A stretch of 64,000 nucleotides of DNA from an uncultured virus (IMG/VR IMGVR_UViG_3300046786_000447) (Duplodnaviria; Heunggongvirae; Uroviricota; Caudoviricetes), in IMG/VR virus record IMGVR_UViG_3300046786_000447, one strand, 5' to 3'. Below, in pieces: positions 27,427-37,048 of this stretch. Under the pieces are notes generated by a model, which was not told the origin of the DNA, did not search any database, and worked only from the letters and a program-made list of their open reading frames with translations. Numbering within the stretch: the stretch's first letter is position 1; every line of letters begins with the position of its first letter. Made by a program: the position numbers and the translations under genes.

Positions 27427-27630
27427 TTAAATCACTTCAAATGATGGATACACTTCGTTGCATGAGTAGCAGTAGTGCGTATGTCCAACATCCTTTAGAC
27501 CACCAAGGGCAATCTTTTCCAATTTTGCTAGATCGATCCACTTTGGTGTTGGATATCCATACAAAATTGGTGCCATATTTTCATTGCCACAAATGGGGCA
27601 TGGCGTTATTTCTAATTCTTCCATGGTCAT
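27427..27630 (-). CDS. small Zn-ribbon protein
   Basis: CPICG...ILYGYP...CYSC. Confidence 0.6.
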   Translation of the reverse strand: MTMEELEITPCPICGNENMAPILYGYPTPKWIDLAKLEKIALGGLKDVGHTHYCYSCNEVYPSFEVI

Positions 27631-27637
27631 TCTCCTA

Positions 27638-28186
27638 TCATATCTCAAAAGCATATTGCTTGTCAAGTGTAAACCACATCGGTAATGAATATCTATCTTG
27701 CTCTATATCTGAGACAAAGTGTTCATCTTCCAAAGAGTTAAAGATTATTAAGTCACCCATTTGTGGTGTAATCTCTATCCCAGTATCAGTGAATCCAATA
27801 GATCCATTATTATTTAAATCATTTAAATATAGCATAGCTGTGTACTTCAAATGACCATTTGTACCCTCGCAACCGTCCTTGTGAGGCGTTAGTTTAGCCC
27901 CTGGCACCTGCTTAGACAGGAACCAAGAAGTTAGGACAACATCACCTTCAAGATGCTCAGTTACTTTGTTAAAAATAGATACAAGAGTATCTTTTACTGG
28001 ACCGACTAAGTCCATTGTAAAAATTGCCTGCTCAGGTAATTCTTCATCATACCCAAAGCGAAGCATATATCTTTTTCTATCATCACGATATATAAATATA
28101 TTAAGATTGTTTTCGATAAAATTGCACAATTCTTCAGCAACATCTTTGCTAATAAAATTATTAATTACCTGTATCATATTATTCAT
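27638..28186 (-). CDS. 2OG-Fe(II) oxygenase (prolyl-4-hydroxylase-like)
   Basis: HKD...YLND...H.V...RY. Confidence 0.85.
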   Translation of the reverse strand: MNNMIQVINNFISKDVAEELCNFIENNLNIFIYRDDRKRYMLRFGYDEELPEQAIFTMDLVGPVKDTLVSIFNKVTEHLEGDVVLTSWFLSKQVPGAKLTPHKDGCEGTNGHLKYTAMLYLNDLNNNGSIGFTDTGIEITPQMGDLIIFNSLEDEHFVSDIEQDRYSLPMWFTLDKQYAFEI

Positions 28187-28197
28187 TATATCACGAT

Positions 28198-28274
<77 letters not shown>

Positions 28275-28275
28275 T

Positions 28276-28352
28276 TGGTAGGGCAGGTGGGATTTGAACC
28301 CACGACAACCACCTTATAAGAGTGGTGCTCTAACCGACTGAACTACTGCCCC
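28276..28352 (-). tRNA. tRNA-Ile(UAU)
   Basis: cloverleaf; anticodon loop CTTATAA; encoded CCA. Confidence 0.85.
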
Positions 28353-28728
28353 AAGACTTTTATATCTTGGACTGTATTCGTTCGATTACTGCCTTAAGAT
28401 AGTAGCCATAATATGGATCTTCATCTTTATTTGCATACAGTTCAGATTCTAAATCTTTAACAATTTCGTTATATGCATGGAGCCTTTGATGCTTTTTTTG
28501 ATCATCCATTAGTTGTTGTGTAATGTGCAAATAACCATGTGGCCAATTGCATTTTAGCTCAGTACTTGTCATGGGTAATATCATGCCTATCATCAATATA
28601 CTTGTGAATCTTTCTTAATGTACGTGCTTTGGAGATTCCAAAAACTGCTAAAGCAAATACAGCATTCCAAAAAAATTCAGCAATAATATGGTCAATGCCA
28701 AATACAACTTCAAATAGATGATGTTCCA

Positions 28729-29019
28729 TTATTCCTCAATTACAGCAAAGATATCACGGTAAGGTAGGATAATTAGCTTCTCATGCTTGTGTTCAATCTC
28801 AGTACCTGAATACTTTGAATAGACAACCTTATCCCCTGGCTTTAGGTCAATCTTAACCTTGTCGCCATTTGCAGCAGTAAATCCTGGACCCACTGCAACT
28901 ACGATAGCTTCAGTTGGCTTCTCACCAGCTGCTGATGTAATAATAAGACCGCTTGCACTAGTCTTCTCTGCTTCTTCGATAGGCTTAACTACTACCTTAT
29001 CTTCCAGTGGCTTAATCAT
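28729..29019 (-). CDS. groES: co-chaperonin GroES
   Basis: IKPLEDKVVV, TASGL-like mobile loop, VVAVGPG, GDKV.YSKYSGTE. Confidence 0.95.
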   Translation of the reverse strand: MIKPLEDKVVVKPIEEAEKTSASGLIITSAAGEKPTEAIVVAVGPGFTAANGDKVKIDLKPGDKVVYSKYSGTEIEHKHEKLIILPYRDIFAVIEE

Positions 29020-29743
29020 TGTTCTCCTTAAATTTTGTGTATAGTTCCATTATATGTGGGAAGGCCTCATTTGTCAAGTTTCTAACTGCCTTTGCATACT
29101 CTTGAATTTCCCATTGTGCATCGTGTTCTAGACGCTGATCAAGGAATGTCATTACACCTTGAAGCGATACCGTCCAACGCCAACGCACATACATGCCATA
29201 TGCAGGCAAGAATAGACGTGCCAACTCTGGTGCAACATTGTCATCCATCGCTTGATGGTATAGGCTTGTTCCTGATGCTACTGTCTGAATTAGCTTTTCA
29301 AAATACCAAGCACCCTTTTCTTCATCAATTGGTTCACCGCTACCCTGTTTGCTATTTTCTGGCTTACTACGCCACTCATCAGATAGTGGTATGTAAAACT
29401 TTTCATCTTCTGTAATATATCTACGAGATGATTCATTCCACCCATTCTGATCATCGACATGGGTTGATGCTACTGCGTACTTCCACCATTGTCTTGCAAC
29501 GAATAGAGGTGCATAGACCTCAAAGGTGAGTGCTGCATGGCGGAAAGGGCTAGTATGTCCTTCACGGATAAGGAAATTAACAAGTTTCTCATCTCTTGAC
29601 TCAAACTCTCCTGATTCTTTATCGTATGATACACGTGCTGCATTTACAATAGATAAGTCATCGCCCAGTGTATCAATAAGTCGTACATATCCATCGTCCA
29701 GAACCTTGATTGGCTCTGGGGTTTCTTTTATCATAATTGTCAT
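29012..29743 (-). CDS. thyX: FAD-dependent thymidylate synthase
   Basis: IVNAARVSY, H.SPF.H, NESSRRY, ELARLFLP, HAQWEI. Confidence 0.95.
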   Translation of the reverse strand: MTIMIKETPEPIKVLDDGYVRLIDTLGDDLSIVNAARVSYDKESGEFESRDEKLVNFLIREGHTSPFRHAALTFEVYAPLFVARQWWKYAVASTHVDDQNGWNESSRRYITEDEKFYIPLSDEWRSKPENSKQGSGEPIDEEKGAWYFEKLIQTVASGTSLYHQAMDDNVAPELARLFLPAYGMYVRWRWTVSLQGVMTFLDQRLEHDAQWEIQEYAKAVRNLTNEAFPHIMELYTKFKENND

Positions 29744-29817
29744 ACATAAATTGTATCGGAAAGTCACAAAAAAGTCAAGCTAGGAGTATAGTATAATTAG
29801 GTGTATACGTTAGGAGA

Positions 29818-30927
29818 TTGCTCTTGTCAGCAACGGTAAAGAATATAATTCCAGTAAAGGGATGTAATAGGCTAAAGATTCATCACTCTGAGTTTGCTCA
29901 AATAAATAGCATTGGATCAAAAGAGTTAGTCATTAGGGAACCAGCCTTTCTTTGGAGTGGCAGAGGCATTGGGTTTTACCATGTATTTATAGATTTGTTA
30001 AACGATTGGCTTATTTGTAAAGAAAACGTACCAGGGATTAAACTATATATTTTAAATGGAGGACCTGACTCCTCTAACATTTTAAAAGAGATGAGCAAAT
30101 TTCATTACGAACTTCTAAATATGCTTCCAGTGGAAGATATCATAGTAGAAACAGAATATAAAACTATACAGTTTAATGATTTATACTTTTGTTCTAATGA
30201 GATGAATTTTGCTATAAGCGATAAGATATTCCCAGACCAGAGAATTGGTACTGTAAGTGGACACATGAACCCTAGATTCTATGAATGGCATTCGTTAGCT
30301 TTTAAAAATTTAAAGAATTTTTTTAAAGATCATTTATATACTGGAGATCCATACCTAAAGCTATATGTTTCTAGAAAAGAAGAGCATAAAAAAATAAATG
30401 ATTTCTTAAACATAAAAAGTGATGAAGATCGTGATTCTGTATTCCAAAAGACAATGCTTGGAGAAAGTCAGTATGAGGAAAGAAGCATATATAGGTATTT
30501 TGATCCAAAAGAAGAAGAAAAGATAGAAGATTTTTTCAGAAATATGGATTATACGATTGTAGATTTTTCTAAGATGTCATTGCTTGAGCAGGTGCTTATA
30601 TCATCTTGTGCAAAAGTAATGGTTGGTTTTCATGGTGCTGGGATGCTGAATGCAGCATACATGCCAGAAGATTCTACGGTGATGCTTATGAATACGTGTA
30701 ATGTAAATACTTTTTATCATACTGAGCTACACAGGATCGACAGGCATAAAGTATTTGAATTTCCACCACGAGGTGTTACACCATCAAAGCCAGGAATAAA
30801 TGCATCTCTTAAAGAATTAAATGTAGATGCAATAAAGATCCTAGGGGTAGATCTCATAGTGCAGTATACGGCACAAGATATTATTGACTATATAAATAAT
30901 AATGACTTTATTATTGGTAATCTTTAA
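29818..30927 (+). CDS. glycosyltransferase family 61-like
   Basis: FYH.F.D, LYVSR, EQV...VGFHGAGM.N. Confidence 0.8.
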   Translation: MLLSATVKNIIPVKGCNRLKIHHSEFAQINSIGSKELVIREPAFLWSGRGIGFYHVFIDLLNDWLICKENVPGIKLYILNGGPDSSNILKEMSKFHYELLNMLPVEDIIVETEYKTIQFNDLYFCSNEMNFAISDKIFPDQRIGTVSGHMNPRFYEWHSLAFKNLKNFFKDHLYTGDPYLKLYVSRKEEHKKINDFLNIKSDEDRDSVFQKTMLGESQYEERSIYRYFDPKEEEKIEDFFRNMDYTIVDFSKMSLLEQVLISSCAKVMVGFHGAGMLNAAYMPEDSTVMLMNTCNVNTFYHTELHRIDRHKVFEFPPRGVTPSKPGINASLKELNVDAIKILGVDLIVQYTAQDIIDYINNNDFIIGNL

Positions 30928-31136
30928 TTAGCAACAGATAGTCTTTCAAGGGCCCAGCCTAGGACCTCTACTGCAATAGTGTCATGTTGCTGATCCTTCT
31001 CTAGGATTAGCCCCTGCAAAAATTCTGTCATTGTTGCACGTTCTTCCATGGCACCAACAGTATAGATCTCAGAGGTTATGCCATCTAGCCTATCCATCAG
31101 CATCTTATATTGATGATCAAAATCGTCCATATACAT
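30924..31136 (-). CDS. hypothetical protein
   Basis: ORF track. Confidence 0.55.
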   Translation of the reverse strand: MYMDDFDHQYKMLMDRLDGITSEIYTVGAMEERATMTEFLQGLILEKDQQHDTIAVEVLGWALERLSVAN

Positions 31137-31168
31137 ATTATACAGCTAAATTTGATATAATATACTTA

Positions 31169-31417
31169 ATGAATCAATACTCTGAATTTCAGGCATACAA
31201 GGAAAAGCTTGGATGTAAGGATTGTGGGGTCAAGTATCCGCACTATATCCTTGAATTTGACCATCGACCAGGGGTTAAGAAGATAGACCTTGTATATCGT
31301 GTTCTAAAGAAATACGGTAAAGATGCAGCTTGGAAAGAAGTAAAGAAGTGTGACGTTGTTTGCTCAAATTGTCACAAAGAGCGAACATATTTTAGAGAAA
31401 AGAATTTGTATGACTAA
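31169..31417 (+). CDS. small HNH-like endonuclease
   Basis: C.DCG...LEFDH...KCDVVCSNCH..RT. Confidence 0.75.
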   Translation: MNQYSEFQAYKEKLGCKDCGVKYPHYILEFDHRPGVKKIDLVYRVLKKYGKDAAWKEVKKCDVVCSNCHKERTYFREKNLYD

Positions 31418-32150
31418 TGGACATATCATCTATATCGGAAAGCACAAAGACTTGTATCTTGATATGTTTAAGGATGAGATAAAATCTTTTGTTGATGTTC
31501 AAGGTGTAGACCTAAAGATTTGGGAAGAGTCTGATATCCGTGATCTTTTGAGCACAAAGTTTGATGAGAGTGTATTAAAGGCCTTCGATTCCATACAGCC
31601 ATATGCACTTAAAACTGATTTAGCAAGATTCTGTATTCTTTATGAGTTTGGTGGAATATATTCAGACCTTGGCCTAACCTTTTTAAACAAACTGAAGACT
31701 GATGGCTACGACCTAGTTTTGTTTCGTGACATACCAGTAGAAAGTATTTATGAAATAGACTGTGCTATACAGATATCTCTTATGTTTTCAAAACCAAAAA
31801 ATGATCTTATGTATAAAACAATAATGGCTTTATCAGATATTTATAATACAAAACAATATGGGGATAACCCAATGTATCCAGGTGGAGAGGTTCAGCTTGG
31901 CAAGATAATCCTTGAAGATAATCAATATTCTATATTTTTGGGTAATTTTGGAGAGAATTTTACAAATCTTGAGGATGTTCTTGGTGATAGAATAACCCTT
32001 AGCTACTGGCAAGATGGTATAATTGTATTGTTTAAAAGCTTTAGAAAAAATGAAATCCTTAAGAATTTAGATATACACAAGACAAACTATATCCATTCAT
32101 GGTTTCACAAAACACTCTACGAAGGGAACACAGATGAAGCTAATAACTGA
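31410..32150 (+). CDS. glycosyltransferase family 32 (OCH1-like)
   Basis: A.K.DLARFCILYEFGGIYSD. Confidence 0.85.
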   Translation: MTNGHIIYIGKHKDLYLDMFKDEIKSFVDVQGVDLKIWEESDIRDLLSTKFDESVLKAFDSIQPYALKTDLARFCILYEFGGIYSDLGLTFLNKLKTDGYDLVLFRDIPVESIYEIDCAIQISLMFSKPKNDLMYKTIMALSDIYNTKQYGDNPMYPGGEVQLGKIILEDNQYSIFLGNFGENFTNLEDVLGDRITLSYWQDGIIVLFKSFRKNEILKNLDIHKTNYIHSWFHKTLYEGNTDEANN

Positions 32151-32688
32151 TCATTTAGTTGGAAGCCCTGACGCAAAAGAACTTTTTGATATGGTGATTG
32201 CTGATGCAGGGAAAAAATGGCATCTAGCATATAGAACAGATGAGCCTGGTGGAGAATCTAAAAACATTATAGATGGCATAGAAGAGTCTTATCAGTTTGT
32301 CATGGTTCCAGAACTGTGGGACCCAATATATCAAAAAGCAATAAATATTTTTGAACAATCTGTTAAAAATAGTAATGTGCCGTTTTCCAAGATATTAAGA
32401 ATTAAATTTAACATTCTACCCAGAGGTATTGATTCGTCAAAGTATCATACACCTCACATTGATCAGGACAGGCCACACAAGGTTTTTCTTTACTATGTGA
32501 ATGATTCTGATGGAGACACTTTCTTTTTTAATGAGAAGTTCCCAGAAAATCCACAGACATTCACCGTTGAATCTCAGGCTTCACCAAAGATGGGAAGGGC
32601 TGTATTTTTTGATGGGTATACCTATCATGCATCAAGCTCACCCACACAATCAAAAATGAGATGTATTCTCAATATAGACTTTGAATAG
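32134..32688 (+). CDS. 2OG-Fe(II) oxygenase
   Basis: HTPHID, YYVNDSDGDT, FDG..YHAS..P...R. Confidence 0.85.
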   Translation: MKLITDHLVGSPDAKELFDMVIADAGKKWHLAYRTDEPGGESKNIIDGIEESYQFVMVPELWDPIYQKAINIFEQSVKNSNVPFSKILRIKFNILPRGIDSSKYHTPHIDQDRPHKVFLYYVNDSDGDTFFFNEKFPENPQTFTVESQASPKMGRAVFFDGYTYHASSSPTQSKMRCILNIDFE

Positions 32689-33448
32689 GAATAACATGCA
32701 CAAGATAATTATTAACTCTGTACCAAGATCAGCATCTCAGTTTATGATGGATGCAATTAGAGATATGTTCTATCATAACGATAGGGATCATAAGGACTAT
32801 GCAAACTCTGGTGAATGGGCACATGACAATAGCTTTATCAAGGTTGCTCATGAGCCACTTTTATTCCTTGCAAATTTTGATGACATATATCAAATAAACA
32901 TACTTCGTGAACCTGTAGACTGTATTTCATCACAAGTATTCAAGTCAGCGTATGGATTTGGTGGATCAACAATTGTTGGTAGGCCAGAGATTGTAGATGG
33001 AAACATGGAATTCTTTAGAACAAAGAAGAACGAATTCCTAGAAGAGTCTATGTATCAAGAATCAAAGATGTGGATGGGATACACATATGGTGCAACTAAA
33101 AATATTGAAAAAGTAATTCCATTTACATTCGAACAGGTGACGCAAAAGCCTGCTGAAGTTCTAGAAGCAATTAGAGATATTGTTAATTCAAATGATCCTA
33201 CTAGACTCCGTGACCGTGAGTATTTTGACCATTGGCTTGATGAAATTAGAAAGCATCACCAGAACGACATCAACTTTACCTCTGGTGCAGCCAATGGGAT
33301 TCCTACAGAAAAGCCAGAAGAATTTTCTTGGGTAAAAGAAGCAGTAGAATCCTATAGATTGATGCCAGAAATGAAGCAGGCGTATCAGGTAGCTTTGGAT
33401 ACATTTAAAGCTAGACAGCAGGAGCTAGGAATCAATATTGAAGTATAG
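32681..33448 (+). CDS. sulfotransferase-fold protein
   Basis: NSVPRSAS (5'-PSB-like) and LREPVD..SS (3'-PB-like). Confidence 0.55.
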   Translation: MNRNNMHKIIINSVPRSASQFMMDAIRDMFYHNDRDHKDYANSGEWAHDNSFIKVAHEPLLFLANFDDIYQINILREPVDCISSQVFKSAYGFGGSTIVGRPEIVDGNMEFFRTKKNEFLEESMYQESKMWMGYTYGATKNIEKVIPFTFEQVTQKPAEVLEAIRDIVNSNDPTRLRDREYFDHWLDEIRKHHQNDINFTSGAANGIPTEKPEEFSWVKEAVESYRLMPEMKQAYQVALDTFKARQQELGINIEV

Positions 33449-34375
33449 CTTTAGTGCTTCTATTACTTCTTTTTTACCCATTTCGGCATAAAATTCTTCT
33501 GTCGCTCTTGTTTTATTTTTCAATGTGACTATGTCAGACTTGCCAGTTAGCATAAATCGTATAATTTCTTTTCTGGTCTCATCAGAGTCTCTACCGCCAA
33601 ATTGCTTGTCATGATATCTAGCATTTTCTTTGCCATATAAAGATAGATTAGTTTTAGATACATTATGACCTATTGGATATAGCAATGCGTCATAGTATAT
33701 GTTCCAACCAGACATATATGTTCTTATGGTTGCCAACTGCTCCTCGCAAAACTGATGCACGTTTGGCTCAATTCCAACTTCTGATATCCACCTAGCATCC
33801 ATAAAAGCAAAGTGACTAGTAAGCCATGTAGATTTGCTAAATGGTTTGCCATCCCATTTTCCATCGAACTGTGCCTGACGTATAGCACCATTGTGATAGC
33901 TTTTTAAATGATCATCATCAATTGCTGGAATCCATTCAATATAGGTATTGATCTCTCCAGTTTCAGAAGATAAGGTTGGCAACTCGCTCATAGGCCTTGA
34001 CCAGACAACGTTATTTCCAAATTCTTTTTGCATATCACTATACCTATTGATCAATATTTGGTCCCAATACATTAAAAAATGCATGTGAGAATCTATCAAT
34101 AGCAGATAGTCTTCATCTTTATGGTACTGAGATAACTCATACCTAATCCTGTTTACCCCTGGCCTTGTCTCTATATCATAAGACACAAAAGTAAATCTAT
34201 CGTCTTCTTTATATTTATTAATAAAGTCATTAATATCAACAGTTTTATACTGTAGCCCAATAACAAACCTAAGTCTATGTGGATTGTAAGCCTTAGCTAT
34301 GGCATCTTCTATAGTTCTTGGTAGGTCAAAATCTTCGTAAGCTGGCACCAACAACATAATTGTTTTATTGTTCAT
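33425..34375 (-). CDS. GlcNAc transferase (GT60/Gnt1-like)
   Basis: PAYED..L..TI..A...A.NP.RL, YLLLIDSHMHF...WD, F.EE...IR.Y..GW. Confidence 0.75.
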   Translation of the reverse strand: MNNKTIMLLVPAYEDFDLPRTIEDAIAKAYNPHRLRFVIGLQYKTVDINDFINKYKEDDRFTFVSYDIETRPGVNRIRYELSQYHKDEDYLLLIDSHMHFLMYWDQILINRYSDMQKEFGNNVVWSRPMSELPTLSSETGEINTYIEWIPAIDDDHLKSYHNGAIRQAQFDGKWDGKPFSKSTWLTSHFAFMDARWISEVGIEPNVHQFCEEQLATIRTYMSGWNIYYDALLYPIGHNVSKTNLSLYGKENARYHDKQFGGRDSDETRKEIIRFMLTGKSDIVTLKNKTRATEEFYAEMGKKEVIEALKLYFNIDS

Positions 34376-35015
34376 TAGGTGACACCACTATTGTAAGATA
34401 TGTATAATTTTTTGGAATGCTGTCCTTAACATTACTTACAGAACATTTGATTATTCGTTGTGACTTATGGCCCATGTCAACTAATAGTTTTACTTCTCTT
34501 TCTGGAGAATATACTATATCAAGTGTAGGTAAGTAGCTATCTGTTCCTTGGTACAAAAAGACAGCCATTGTATCCTGATTTTTCATTAAGACTCTTAGAA
34601 CATCTGCATTGATAAAGTCAATCATGCCAGCATATAAAAATGATTTTGTTGGGTAGCAGCTTAAAATTACTGCAGAAACTATTGCAGATACTTGTGGCAA
34701 TACGTAGACAGAATGTCCACCATCTATAGCTTTTTTGATTAATCTTCCACCAGGATCTGTTATAGCTGGATAACCATCTCCAGTCAGAATAGATACACTT
34801 TTATTGTTTAGGTCTAGTAGATCTTCATGCTCATCCTCAACTTTATCTACTTCAATAAGTGTTTTGTTATTTATTCCAAGGGATTTTAGAAAATCTCCGT
34901 CTGCCTGTTCATGTTCAACAAATATCACATCAGAGGATATGAGGGCATCTATTACAGACTGTGCTGTATCTTTTATATTGTATCTGTTGATACCTAATGC
35001 ATATAAGTTACCCAT
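34365..35015 (-). CDS. RsmI-like tetrapyrrole-methylase-fold methyltransferase
   Basis: D..FVE, GDGYPAITDPGGRLI..A...G..V..LP..SA. Confidence 0.7.
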   Translation of the reverse strand: MGNLYALGINRYNIKDTAQSVIDALISSDVIFVEHEQADGDFLKSLGINNKTLIEVDKVEDEHEDLLDLNNKSVSILTGDGYPAITDPGGRLIKKAIDGGHSVYVLPQVSAIVSAVILSCYPTKSFLYAGMIDFINADVLRVLMKNQDTMAVFLYQGTDSYLPTLDIVYSPEREVKLLVDMGHKSQRIIKCSVSNVKDSIPKNYTYLTIVVSPNEQ

Positions 35016-35034
35016 TAATTAATTATATCAGAAA

Positions 35035-35114
35035 TCCCCCACAGGCATTCAAGCACGAAGGCCACGGTCATAAAATAGGTAACTAATCCATCCTAAGCGT
35101 AGTCCTGTGGGGGA
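35035..35114 (-). ncRNA. candidate ~80-nt structured RNA
   Basis: 11-bp closing stem TCCCCCACAGG/CCTGTGGGGGA; TGATATAAT promoter a few nt upstream. Confidence 0.5.
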
Positions 35115-35122
35115 CATTTAAA

Positions 35123-35452
35123 TTATATCAGTCTTTGAGACTTTGTGTGATCTTTTCCAAAATCAGAAAACAAAGATTTTGGCTTCATACATTTGTCACA
35201 CTTACAGTTAGCATTCTTTGGATCATGATTTAGATATTGTGGCTTCTTAATTCCTACACTTGGGTTTAAACTGTTAGATGGATTCTCTGGAACATCTGAT
35301 GTTTGAACAGAAGCTTCATCTGCTTTTTCTACTGGTACACAGTTAGGGACCATCTGACCATTCTCTCCCTCTTTCATGCCACGCTGCACATAACCTTCCC
35401 AGCAAGGGTCTGCCTTTGTTATCTCATCGGAGCAGCAGGGCTGATCTGTCAT
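35123..35452 (-). CDS. hypothetical protein
   Basis: PCWEGY...GMK....VPNCV motif seen in phage proteins. Confidence 0.6.
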   Translation of the reverse strand: MTDQPCCSDEITKADPCWEGYVQRGMKEGENGQMVPNCVPVEKADEASVQTSDVPENPSNSLNPSVGIKKPQYLNHDPKNANCKCDKCMKPKSLFSDFGKDHTKSQRLI

Positions 35453-35901
35453 TAGTCTTCTACCTCTATGCTTGCACGAATTTGCCAACAGAATTTTTGT
35501 GAAATAGTTTGGCGGTCTGCAAAGAAGTTTGCTAGTCCAAATTCAGATGCTGCAGTAGCAAGCTTGCCAGCAGTTACTAGGTCTGCAATATGCTTTTCAA
35601 TTGACATGTATAGGTCAGCAAGCATTGGCTGTGGGTCGCCAACAATTACTGGCTCTCCTACTGAGGATGTATCAAAGAAATCTACTAGTCTATACGGTGC
35701 ATATACCTGGAATACTCTTAGCCATTCTGCGTATGTGTCTGTAGCAGAGTCATAGTTCTCATAGATATCCCCGAAAAAATCGTGGAACTGCTTGAAGTCA
35801 TCACCCTCTACGTTCCAGTGATAACCATGTGCCTTAAACTTAAGGGCAATGTTATCAGCTAGTAATGACTTGGTTACGTCAATAATGTTTTGATCAATCA
35901 T
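35452..35901 (-). CDS. dps: Dps/ferritin-like protein
   Basis: KAHGYHWNVEG.DF.QFH.FF..IY...D..AE. Confidence 0.9.
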   Translation of the reverse strand: MIDQNIIDVTKSLLADNIALKFKAHGYHWNVEGDDFKQFHDFFGDIYENYDSATDTYAEWLRVFQVYAPYRLVDFFDTSSVGEPVIVGDPQPMLADLYMSIEKHIADLVTAGKLATAASEFGLANFFADRQTISQKFCWQIRASIEVED

Positions 35902-35924
35902 ATGATAAGTATATCATAATATGG

Positions 35925-36998
35925 CTATTCTATGCCGTTTAGGGCAGCAAGACGCTCATATTCTGATATCAGGTCCTGAACTGGTGTCTTGGTATCGGTG
36001 TCATCCTGAGATAGGGCTGCCCAGCTTTCTGGTTTGACTTCTATGTTCCTCAAGTGCTCAAAATATCTTTCAAATTCGTAGTTCCAAAATTTTGTTGTAT
36101 ATAGCATAATTACTGTTTGGTTTGGTTGCATCCAGACAGCATTAAAAATATTACTACCCTTAATTCCAGCAACAATCTCAGCATCTTTAAATAGCTCAAT
36201 TTGTTCCCAAATTGTCATACCACTGGGATCAACTACTGTGAAGCCTTTATTTTTAAAATATTCTTCAAGTATGTCTTCGTCTGCATACCTTCTTGCTTGC
36301 TTTTCTTTTGTATAGTAATCTGTTTGCTCACGTTCACGGATCTTTCTCAAATTTTTTGAGCTTCTTGTTACATATAATTTTTTGCCAGCAGTCACTCCAT
36401 TTCCATAACGAAGTGAGTCTTTTAGATGGTTCATCATCTTTATATGCTCATCAATGACCTCTATCTGAGAGTATTGACAGAGTTCTTTTTGTATGACAAA
36501 AGGTATTGGTCTATCTGATTGCCAAAGGCATTCATTAGGAAAAGTAATTACTTCTTCAAACAAAACGTTTTGAAAGTGCGTATCAAATACAACAAGATTA
36601 GAATAGTTTTCAACTAGGTTGGCCATGTATGGTGATATGTCTTCTGATATACCTTTAACAGATTCTTTCCAGGATTGATTGGCACAAAATATCATCTTAA
36701 TATCAGGAACATATTTTTGTATGTAGTGAAAGTGTGCAAGAATATCTGTAATTGCATGATAGTATGGAACATTTGCAGGTGCAAGGAACACAGGACCCTT
36801 AACAGTAACATCTGGACGTTTGGACTGTACTAGTGGATTATTTCCAGGGTGTGGCTGAGCAAAAAATCTTAGATTCTTAATCCTTATCAGTGGCAGGTAT
36901 GTGTCTGGTAAAAATTGCAACTCTGATGAGTCTATAATCCAGTTATGTGCGTGATAAAACTTTTTTGGATCCTGAAAGCTTTCTTCATTAGTAATCAT
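35925..36998 (-). CDS. glycosyltransferase family 61-like
   Basis: YYH...D, LYVTR, EQIELF..A..VAG..GS...N. Confidence 0.8.
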   Translation of the reverse strand: MITNEESFQDPKKFYHAHNWIIDSSELQFLPDTYLPLIRIKNLRFFAQPHPGNNPLVQSKRPDVTVKGPVFLAPANVPYYHAITDILAHFHYIQKYVPDIKMIFCANQSWKESVKGISEDISPYMANLVENYSNLVVFDTHFQNVLFEEVITFPNECLWQSDRPIPFVIQKELCQYSQIEVIDEHIKMMNHLKDSLRYGNGVTAGKKLYVTRSSKNLRKIREREQTDYYTKEKQARRYADEDILEEYFKNKGFTVVDPSGMTIWEQIELFKDAEIVAGIKGSNIFNAVWMQPNQTVIMLYTTKFWNYEFERYFEHLRNIEVKPESWAALSQDDTDTKTPVQDLISEYERLAALNGIE

Positions 36999-37048
36999 GT
37001 TTTGTCCTTATCTGATATACTATTATAGCAGAGAAAGATATAGGTAAT

